In this document: positions 56,402-64,000 of the stretch, in pieces | Layout: every line of letters starts with the position of its first letter | Numbering within the stretch: position 1 is the stretch's first letter | Assembly: GCA_965222155.1 (NCBI GenBank) | Contig: CBDCTH010000004.1 | Span: 544,001-608,000 of the forward strand | Length of the DNA: 64,000 bases | Source of the DNA: Gammaproteobacteria bacterium | Lineage (GTDB): Bacteria > Pseudomonadota > Gammaproteobacteria > Eutrophobiales > Eutrophobiaceae | Reading direction: 5' to 3' | The notes under the pieces: generated by a model | The model's input: the letters and a program-made list of their open reading frames with translations, nothing else | Databases searched by the model: none | What the model was told of the DNA's origin: nothing | Program-made: the position numbers and the translations under genes

Positions 56402-56430
56402 TTGTCAGTTGCTGTCAGCGTGGGTACAAT
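56402..56430 (+). promoter_or_regulatory. Putative sigma70 promoter for rpsO-pnp
   Basis: TTGTCA-17 nt-TACAAT. Confidence 0.6.
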
Positions 56431-56472
56431 ACGCACGCTTTTTAAAAGATCGGACAGGAGAATAGTATTTCA

Positions 56473-56742
56473 ATGCCTTTAAGTCAGCATCAGAAAGCTG
56501 ATATCTTAAACAAGTATCAACGTGCATCAGGCGATACGGGGTCACCCGAGGTGCAGGTGGCGCTATTGACCGCACGTATTACTGATTTATCACAGCACTT
56601 TAAATTGCATTCCAAAGATCACCATTCACGCCAGGGTTTGTTGCGTATGGTTAATCAGCGCCGGAAACTGCTGGACTATTTAAAGAATAAAGATGTTAAC
56701 CGGTATCGGGTACTGATTGGTCAATTAGAACTGAGAAAGTAA
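56473..56742 (+). CDS. rpsO: 30S ribosomal protein S15
   Basis: [22 protein letters not shown]. Confidence 0.98.
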   Translation: MPLSQHQKADILNKYQRASGDTGSPEVQVALLTARITDLSQHFKLHSKDHHSRQGLLRMVNQRRKLLDYLKNKDVNRYRVLIGQLELRK

Positions 56743-56862
56743 CTGTCCAGGCAATCTCCAATTTATCCGGCAGCTTGAGATGTCCACCGGTTGTCGGCAT
56801 GCTCCAGTCCTTGCATAAGCAAGTCATTTCAAATATCAGCTACATAATAATCGGGAAGAATA

Positions 56863-58947
56863 ATGAACGAGGTTAAAACAGAATTTCAGTTTGGGGATGT
56901 TCCGGTAGTCCTGGAGACAGGCAAGATTGCCAGACAGGCGAGCGGAGCAGTAATGGTGAGTATGGGGGATACGGTCGTGCTGGTAGCATGTGTTGCCAGT
57001 AAGGAAGCCAGGCCCGACCAGAGTTTTTTCCCTCTCACGGTGGATTACCAGGAAAAAACTTATGCAGCCGGGAAGATCCCCGGTGGTTTCTTCCGGCGCG
57101 AGGGGCGGCCGTCGGAAAAAGAGGTGCTCACATCAAGGCTGATCGACAGACCGGTACGCCCCCTGTTTCCGAAACAATTTAAATGTGAAGTCCAGATTAT
57201 CGCTACGGTCATGTCGCTGGACCCGGAGATTGACCCCGATATCCCTGCCCTGATCGGCGCATCGGCCGCGTTGGGGATTTCCGGAGTTCCATTTAACGGA
57301 CCCATCGGCGCCGCCCGGGTCGGTTATCGTGACGGCGAGTACCTGCTTAACCCCAGTTATGGCGCCCTGTCCCAATCGGAACTGAACCTGGTGGTGGCCG
57401 GTACGGAATCCTCCGTCCTGATGGTTGAATCCGAAGCCGGGCTGTTATCGGAAGAAGTCATGCTCGGCGCGGTGATGTACGGTCATGAACAGTTGCAGAC
57501 AGTTATTGAAAATATCCGGCAACTGGTTGCTGACGCCGGAACCAAACCCTGGGACTGGCAACCGCTGGATGATGATACCGAGTTGGAAGACGAAGTAAGC
57601 GATATGTGCGCGGACCTGCTGCGCGAAGCCTATGCAATCCAGGACAAAATCAGCCGGCGGGAACGGTTGACTGAAATACGGTCCGAGGCAATCACCACGA
57701 TTACGGCAAAGTACGAAGACCGTTGGAGTGATCGGAACATCGGCGGGGCCGTTGAAGAATTGGAGAGCAGTATCGTCAGGGGTGCGATAGTTGCCGGAGA
57801 ACCGCGCATCGACGGCAGGGATACTGCTACGGTAAGAGATATCAGCGTGGAAGTGGGCGTGTTGCCCAGGGCCCATGGTTCTGCCTTGTTTACCCGGGGT
57901 GAGACACAGGCCATCGTGACGGCTACCCTGGGCACTGACCGGGACGCACAGATCATCGATGCGATAGAAGGAGAGCACAAGGATCCGTTTATGCTGCATT
58001 ATAACTTCCCGCCTTATTGTGTCGGTGAAACCGGACGGGCAGGGTCACCCAAACGGCGCGAAATCGGCCACGGCAGGCTGGCGAAACGCGCCTTGATGGC
58101 GGTCATGCCGAACCCGGATGAATTTCATTATGCCTTGCGCATTGTCTCCGAAATAACCGAATCGAACGGTTCCAGTTCCATGGCCTCGGTATGCGGCGCC
58201 AGCCTGTCATTGATGGATGCCGGTATCGAGATAAAGGCGCCGGTGGCTGGTATTGCCATGGGCCTGATAAAAGAAGGGGAAAAATTTGTAGTGCTGTCGG
58301 ACATCATGGGCGATGAAGACCATCTTGGCGATATGGATTTCAAGGTGGCCGGCACCGAAGCTGGCATCAGCGCCTTGCAGATGGATATCAAGGTAGCGGG
58401 TATAACCAGGGAAATTATGGAGGTAGCATTGTCCCAGGCCAGGGAAGGGAGGCTGCACATTCTTGACAGGATGAATGCCGTGCTCGGTACGGCTCGCACA
58501 GAGATGTCCGAACATGCCCCGCGTATTACCACCATCAAGATTCATCCGGACAAGATCAGGGACGTTATCGGCAAGGGCGGCGCCACGATACGCGCGATCA
58601 CGGACGAAACAGGCGCGGCTATCGATATCGATGACAGCGGCACCATCAAGATTTATTCCAGTGACAAGACAGCCAGCGATGCCGCGCGCAAACGGATTGA
58701 AGACATCACGGCTGATGTGGAAGTAGGAAAAATATACAAGGGCAGAGTAGCCAAGCTGATGGATTTCGGCGCGTTTGTCAATATCCTGCCGGGCAAGGAT
58801 GGTCTGGTGCATATCTCGCAGATTTCAGAGGAGCGCGTGCAGAACGTCAGTGACAAGTTATCGGAAGGTGATTTCGTCAAGGTCAAGGTGCTTGAGATCG
58901 ATCGGCAGGGCAGGGTCCGTCTCAGCATGAAAGCAGTCAATGAATAA
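56863..58947 (+). CDS. pnp: Polyribonucleotide nucleotidyltransferase
   Basis: [34 protein letters not shown] and S1 domains. Confidence 0.98.
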   Translation: MNEVKTEFQFGDVPVVLETGKIARQASGAVMVSMGDTVVLVACVASKEARPDQSFFPLTVDYQEKTYAAGKIPGGFFRREGRPSEKEVLTSRLIDRPVRPLFPKQFKCEVQIIATVMSLDPEIDPDIPALIGASAALGISGVPFNGPIGAARVGYRDGEYLLNPSYGALSQSELNLVVAGTESSVLMVESEAGLLSEEVMLGAVMYGHEQLQTVIENIRQLVADAGTKPWDWQPLDDDTELEDEVSDMCADLLREAYAIQDKISRRERLTEIRSEAITTITAKYEDRWSDRNIGGAVEELESSIVRGAIVAGEPRIDGRDTATVRDISVEVGVLPRAHGSALFTRGETQAIVTATLGTDRDAQIIDAIEGEHKDPFMLHYNFPPYCVGETGRAGSPKRREIGHGRLAKRALMAVMPNPDEFHYALRIVSEITESNGSSSMASVCGASLSLMDAGIEIKAPVAGIAMGLIKEGEKFVVLSDIMGDEDHLGDMDFKVAGTEAGISALQMDIKVAGITREIMEVALSQAREGRLHILDRMNAVLGTARTEMSEHAPRITTIKIHPDKIRDVIGKGGATIRAITDETGAAIDIDDSGTIKIYSSDKTASDAARKRIEDITADVEVGKIYKGRVAKLMDFGAFVNILPGKDGLVHISQISEERVQNVSDKLSEGDFVKVKVLEIDRQGRVRLSMKAVNE

Positions 58948-58974
58948 GGAGATGAAAAAAAACAGCCCCGGGGA

Positions 58975-61161
58975 ATGCTGAGCCGGCGCGCATTCCTGAT
59001 CACCGGCGGAGTATTGGGCGGCGGCCTGACTCTGGGCTATTTCTTTACCCCCAACCGGCTCGCGCAAACAGCGGTTTCATCGCCGGAACAAACCTGGCTG
59101 ACCTCCTGGGTCAGCATCAATGCCGATAATACGATCACGGTCCTGGTCCCGCAGGCGGAAATGGGGCAGGGTATCCTGACTTCATTGCCGATGATGCTGG
59201 CGGAAGAGATGGAAGCGGACTGGTCTCTCGTCAGCGTCAAACAAGCTCCTGCAGAGGAAATTTACGTAACGGACAAGATTGCCCGGGGCTTCAAGCTCGG
59301 CGCGGTGGACATACCAAAGCCCCTGCAGCGGCTGCTGGATTATTCGTTATACAAGGTTTCAGGCAAGCTTAACCTGCAACTGACCGGTGGCAGTGCCAGC
59401 ATCAGGTACACCGGACGGTGGGGGCTGCGCGTTGCCGGGGCTGCAGCCAGGGATATGCTGCTCCGGGCCGCGGCAGCACAGTGGGGAGTGGCGCAGTCTG
59501 AATGCTATGCACAGTTGAGCCATGTCCATCATGCCGGCAGTGGTCGTTCCATCCGTTACGCAGACCTGGCCGCGCACGTGGCAGAATTAACCCCCTCGCT
59601 TACCCCGGCGCTGAAAGCAAAAAAGGACTATGTCATCTGCGGCAAGCCGGTCGCGCGTATTGGCTTGGCGGACAAGGTAACCGGCGCCCTGGATTACGCT
59701 ATCGACCTCAAGCTGGATAATATGAAGGTTGCAGCGGTTCGCCACGCGCCAGTATTTGGCGGAGATGTTGTGTCCCTTGAGCCTGACTCCGTTAAAACCC
59801 TGCCCGGGGTAACAGACGTAGTGCAAATACCCGGTGCGGTGGTTGTTACGGCGGATAACTACTGGCGTGCAAACCAGGCGCTTTCCCGGCTGGCAGTCGA
59901 GTTCGGCGATGGCGGCAACGGCGCTTTCAACTCGGAGCAGATGTCCCGGGACTTCAGCGCCGCCTTGGACGGCGGGGAATATGAAATTGATTTTGAACAG
60001 GGAGGCAGCGCAGAGACCATGGCGGGGACCGGCGCGGCCGTGGAAGCTGAATATCGGATACCTTTCTTGGCCCACGCCCCCATGGAACCGGTGAATTGCG
60101 CCGCCTGGCGCCATGATGGACTACTGGAGGTGTGGGCAGGCACCCAGGACCCGCTGGGTACCCGCGCGCTGGCCGCGCAGGCTGCCGCCATGGATATGAA
60201 AAATGTGACCGTCCACCCGTTCCAGATGGGGGGCAGCTTCGGTCGCAAATCATCGTTCTGCGCTAACTTCATCGAGGACGCGGTGCATACCGCCATGCGC
60301 GTGCCCTATCCGGTCAAGGTCGTCTGGTCCCGTGAAGAAGACATCCGGCATGACTGTTATCGCCCGGCGGAATTCAGCCGCTTCAAAGCGCGGTTGAATG
60401 CTGACGGCAAACCCGTAACCTGGTTGAATTACTATACCGATTCCGGTCTGAACAGCGGCAGTGAAGCCGCGTTTATACCCTACGCGGTGGCGCATCAGCA
60501 AGTCGGCAGGGTGCTCTGCAACACCCCGGTCCCCATCGGCTACTGGCGCAGTGTGCAACATTCCTGCCAGGGATTTTTTATCGAGTCATTTATTGATGAA
60601 CTGGCGCAGCACGCGGCGCTCGACCCGCTTGAATACCGTCTTGATTTACTGCGCGAACAGCCGCGCCATCAAGCCGTATTGCGGTCAGCGGCAGAGAAAA
60701 TCGGCTGGGGTCGCCCCCTGCCGGCGAATTCCGGTATGGGAATTGCCGTTGTCGCCAGTTTTGGTTCAATCGTAGCGCAGGCGGTGCAGGTGGCCATTTC
60801 CGGAGACAGGCTGCGTGTGGAAAAAGTGGTGGCTGCAGTTGACCCGGGCGAAGTCATTAATCCCGCCGTTGCCCGGGACCAGGTTGAAGGCGGCATCATC
60901 TACGGCCTGAGCGCGGCGTTGTACGGTAATATCAGTATCGATAAAGGCCGGGTAATGCAAAGTAATTTTTCCGATTACAGGATGGTGCGTATGACTAATA
61001 CTCCGCACATGGAGGTCCATTTTATCGAGAGTGGTGAGGCGATAGGCGGTATGGGGGAAGTCGGTACGCCACCCATCGCGCCGGCCCTGTGTAATGCCAT
61101 ATTTGCCGCAAGCGGACAACGTATCCGGCGTCTCCCGTTACAGGATCAGCTATCGGTATAG
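58975..61161 (+). CDS. Xanthine dehydrogenase-family molybdopterin-binding subunit (IorB-like), Tat signal
   Basis: SRRAFL, EMGQG, HAPMEP, GGSFGRK, QVEGG, GMGEVGTPP. Confidence 0.88.
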   Translation: MLSRRAFLITGGVLGGGLTLGYFFTPNRLAQTAVSSPEQTWLTSWVSINADNTITVLVPQAEMGQGILTSLPMMLAEEMEADWSLVSVKQAPAEEIYVTDKIARGFKLGAVDIPKPLQRLLDYSLYKVSGKLNLQLTGGSASIRYTGRWGLRVAGAAARDMLLRAAAAQWGVAQSECYAQLSHVHHAGSGRSIRYADLAAHVAELTPSLTPALKAKKDYVICGKPVARIGLADKVTGALDYAIDLKLDNMKVAAVRHAPVFGGDVVSLEPDSVKTLPGVTDVVQIPGAVVVTADNYWRANQALSRLAVEFGDGGNGAFNSEQMSRDFSAALDGGEYEIDFEQGGSAETMAGTGAAVEAEYRIPFLAHAPMEPVNCAAWRHDGLLEVWAGTQDPLGTRALAAQAAAMDMKNVTVHPFQMGGSFGRKSSFCANFIEDAVHTAMRVPYPVKVVWSREEDIRHDCYRPAEFSRFKARLNADGKPVTWLNYYTDSGLNSGSEAAFIPYAVAHQQVGRVLCNTPVPIGYWRSVQHSCQGFFIESFIDELAQHAALDPLEYRLDLLREQPRHQAVLRSAAEKIGWGRPLPANSGMGIAVVASFGSIVAQAVQVAISGDRLRVEKVVAAVDPGEVINPAVARDQVEGGIIYGLSAALYGNISIDKGRVMQSNFSDYRMVRMTNTPHMEVHFIESGEAIGGMGEVGTPPIAPALCNAIFAASGQRIRRLPLQDQLSV

Positions 61162-61181
61162 CGCCGTAGTCCCCACTCCCG

Positions 61182-61667
61182 ATGCAGCAGCTGAAACGGT
61201 TTTCTCTGTATAATCTACTGCTAATCGCATTAATTTCCATTCCCTGTTATCCTCAATCCGCGTTAAAGGATGAGTTGTTGTCGAGTCTCGAGGGAAACTG
61301 GCGTGGTGAAGCCGTGCATACTCCGGTAGGACCTGCCCCGTATAACATAAACTTCCGCCGGGTTGATCATGGTTGCGTTTCAGGCACCGCGTATACCGGG
61401 TTCAGTAACCATACCTGGACTTTTTGCCCGGCTGAAGACGGGGTAATGGTGAACTTTCTCTCCGATTTCAGGGGAAACGAAGACCGGATCGTGCTGACAT
61501 CAATACACGAGGAACAGGAGAAAGTCGTTTTTAAATCCGCTAAGATAGCGTTTATGGACGTCATTGTTACCCGCGCAGACAGTAATTTTATAATTGATAT
61601 CATACATCACGGCGAACTGCATGTGCGTATTGAATTAACAGCGGCCGATCCCGTCAGCACCCATTGA
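61182..61667 (+). CDS. Hypothetical exported protein
   Basis: Hydrophobic N-terminus, LEGNWRG beta-rich fold-like sequence; fills the gap on the coding strand. Confidence 0.6.
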   Translation: MQQLKRFSLYNLLLIALISIPCYPQSALKDELLSSLEGNWRGEAVHTPVGPAPYNINFRRVDHGCVSGTAYTGFSNHTWTFCPAEDGVMVNFLSDFRGNEDRIVLTSIHEEQEKVVFKSAKIAFMDVIVTRADSNFIIDIIHHGELHVRIELTAADPVSTH

Positions 61668-61696
61668 CGGAAAGGTTGCTATTGCATTGAACCATT

Positions 61697-62542
61697 ATGA
61701 GACTGACTGGTGATGAATTCAGGCGCTGGGGGCATAAATCCGTAACGCTGCTGGGTATGTCCGGGGTCGGCAAGACCACCCTGGCAAGAAAGCTGCGCCG
61801 CCACAACTGGTTCCATTATTCCGGTGATTACCGGATCGGCACCCGTTACCTGGATGAGCCCATCCTGGATAATATCAAGCAGCATGTTATGCAGATCCCG
61901 TTTACCCGGGAATTGCTGCGCTCCGACTCGATATACATTACCAATAACCTGGATATCGACAACCTGAAACCGCTTTCGAGTTTTCTGGGTAAACTGGGCA
62001 ATCCGGAACAGGACGGGCTGGACCTGAAGGAATTCAAGCGACGCCAGGAATTGCACCGGGTCGCCGAGATCAATTCCATGAACGACGTGCCGGAGTTTAT
62101 GCGCAGGGCCCGTGAAGTATACGGCTATGCGCATTTTGTAAATGACGCCGGCGGCAGCCTGTGCGAAATGGATGATGACGTGATCAGGCTGTTGGCGCAG
62201 CACAGTCTGATTTTATATCTCAAGGCCACGGCAGAAGATGAAAAGGAATTGATAGCCCGCGCCGAGCAGGATCCCAAACCTCTGTATTACCAGGAGTCCT
62301 TCCTGGATGAGCAACTTGCCGATTACCAGCGTGAGCGCGGCCAGGATTATATTGCCTTGATCGAACCGGATGACTTTGTCAGGTGGGTGTTTCCCAAGCT
62401 GTTTCGCTCCCGTATCCCACGCTATGAATATATAGCCGCAACTTACGGTTATACCATTGCCACTGATGCAGTGCTGGACGTGGAATCCGAACAGCACTTC
62501 ATCAATGTTATCGCTGACGTCCTGGACCGGCATGGAGATTAA
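61697..62542 (+). CDS. Uncharacterised P-loop ATPase/kinase-like protein
   Basis: GMSGVGKT Walker A, DYRIGTRYL, NDAGGS; 3 nt before metA. Confidence 0.8.
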   Translation: MRLTGDEFRRWGHKSVTLLGMSGVGKTTLARKLRRHNWFHYSGDYRIGTRYLDEPILDNIKQHVMQIPFTRELLRSDSIYITNNLDIDNLKPLSSFLGKLGNPEQDGLDLKEFKRRQELHRVAEINSMNDVPEFMRRAREVYGYAHFVNDAGGSLCEMDDDVIRLLAQHSLILYLKATAEDEKELIARAEQDPKPLYYQESFLDEQLADYQRERGQDYIALIEPDDFVRWVFPKLFRSRIPRYEYIAATYGYTIATDAVLDVESEQHFINVIADVLDRHGD

Positions 62543-62545
62543 CCC

Positions 62546-63559
62546 ATGCCACTGGTAGCAAATACCGACCTGCCCAGCTTCGAGCGGCTCCAGCGTGAAG
62601 GCAGTTTCGTCATACCCCGGGACACTGCCATGACCCGGGAAGTGCGCGAACTGCACATCGGTCTGTTGAATATGATGCCGGACAAGGCCCTGGAGGCGAC
62701 GGAAAGGCAGTTCTTTCGGCTGGTTGGTGAAAGCAACCAGATAGCCAGGTTCTATCTGCACCCGTTTACCCTGAAGGAATTGCAGCGCAGCAGGGAGGGC
62801 CAGGATCACGTCAACAGGTATTACAAGAGTTTTGAGCAAATCCAGTCCGACGGTCTGGATGCGTTGATTATTACCGGCGCCAACGTGGTCGATCCCGCCC
62901 TGGACCGGCAGGAATTCTGGACGCCGTTGATTGAAGTGGTTGACTGGGCCTGCGCCAACGTAACGTCCATACTGTGTTCCTGCCTGGCTACCCATGCGGT
63001 ATTGCAGTTCCGCTACAAGCAGAAGCGCATCCCCTTGTCCGGGAAGTGTTGGGGAGTTTATTCACACAGCGTCAGGGATCGTTCGCACCCGCTGGTAGCC
63101 GGCGTCAATACGCGTTTTGACATTCCGCATTCCCGCTTTAACGCAGTGACGCCGCAACAGTTTGCTGAAGCCGGCTTGAACGTCCTGGTTGAAAGCGAAC
63201 AGGTTGGGGTTCACCTGGCTGCCAGTGAAGATGGCTTACGCCTGGTTTTTTTCCAGGGACATCCCGAATATGACGAGAACAGCCTGTTTAAGGAATACAA
63301 ACGGGAGGTGTTGCGTTATATGGCTGGTGAAACGGATAGTTACCCGCCGTTTCCGGAGAATTATTTCAGCCTGCAGACCAGGGCAATACTGACCGAGTAC
63401 CGGGAACGGGTGGTGGCCGCCAGGGAGCATGGCCTGGAACTGCCGCTATTCCCGGAACAATTAATCAGCCCTTCTCTGAATAATACCTGGCATGACAGCG
63501 GTGAAGCCGTCATCAACAACTGGATAGGACAAGTCTACCAGTTGACCCACTCGGGCTAG
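62546..63559 (+). CDS. metA: Homoserine O-acyltransferase (MetA family)
   Basis: IGLLNMMPD, IITGAN, CSCLATHA, PHSR, QGHPEYD. Confidence 0.92.
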   Translation: MPLVANTDLPSFERLQREGSFVIPRDTAMTREVRELHIGLLNMMPDKALEATERQFFRLVGESNQIARFYLHPFTLKELQRSREGQDHVNRYYKSFEQIQSDGLDALIITGANVVDPALDRQEFWTPLIEVVDWACANVTSILCSCLATHAVLQFRYKQKRIPLSGKCWGVYSHSVRDRSHPLVAGVNTRFDIPHSRFNAVTPQQFAEAGLNVLVESEQVGVHLAASEDGLRLVFFQGHPEYDENSLFKEYKREVLRYMAGETDSYPPFPENYFSLQTRAILTEYRERVVAAREHGLELPLFPEQLISPSLNNTWHDSGEAVINNWIGQVYQLTHSG

Positions 63560-63906
63560 CTGTCTTCTTTTTTTCTGGCGGGTGAACGGGTTGTGCGCCG
63601 CCTGGGCTTTGACGTGGTCGTCGGGGCCTTGTCTGCTTCGGGCCAGGGGCTGAAAGGGAAGGGGCGTTCATCCGACTGGAAAGTGATATAACCCAGGATT
63701 TGAGAGATATATTGCAGCAGGCCGCTACTGAAATCGGCCAGTTGCCGGTTTAAATTACCCGTCACGACCTTGCTGACAAATTGAAAGAGAACCAATAACC
63801 AGACAAGGCAAAAAGCGAAGTAAAGAATGAAGCTGAAGATTAGGATAAACAGGCCGCGCAGCCACACACCACGATTTTTTACATTTTCTTTTATGTCCAC
63901 TGGCAT
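63556..63906 (-). CDS. DUF4389-like membrane protein
   Basis: WLRGLFILIF...LFQF...YITFQSDERPFPFSPWP. Confidence 0.8.
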   Translation of the reverse strand: MPVDIKENVKNRGVWLRGLFILIFSFILYFAFCLVWLLVLFQFVSKVVTGNLNRQLADFSSGLLQYISQILGYITFQSDERPFPFSPWPEADKAPTTTSKPRRRTTRSPARKKEDS

Positions 63907-64000
63907 TCTCCCGGTTGCGGATAAACGAAATCAGATTATCCTGAAATATTGCACCAAGGGCAATGAAAATAATGGATCTGACGGATCGCCGTTCGTTACT

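Overview
Core-genome segment of a gammaproteobacterium (inferred from gene order and protein sequences). Gene content in order: partial class I aminotransferase; uvrB; a 2005-aa RTX/Ca-binding protein built on a near-perfect 588-bp tandem array; tRNA-Val; thrS-infC-rpmI-rplT-pheS-pheT-ihfA-MerR-tRNA-Pro; Sel1 lipoprotein-glmS; tolC; thiC; glnE; a GT2 / nucleosidase-like / spore-photoproduct-lyase-like operon; SDR-pcm; aas; mltD; rnhA-dnaQ; grxD; argD-argF; surE-pcm-nlpD-rpoS; adk-mrcB; tRNA-fMet-rimP-nusA-infB-rbfA-truB-rpsO-pnp; a Tat-exported molybdoenzyme subunit; an ATPase-metA pair. No transposase, integrase or CRISPR array is visible. The most striking signal is non-coding: many intergenic gaps, even inside essential operons, hold palindromic repeats of at least six kinds, several nested inside each other. 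One is a ~245-bp element (4 copies) with compensatory base changes in three stems and an IHF-like site; one copy splits the apparent infB ribosome-binding site. Another is a family bounded by inverted 9-mer repeats (7 copies). All calls were made by eye; no database searches were run.
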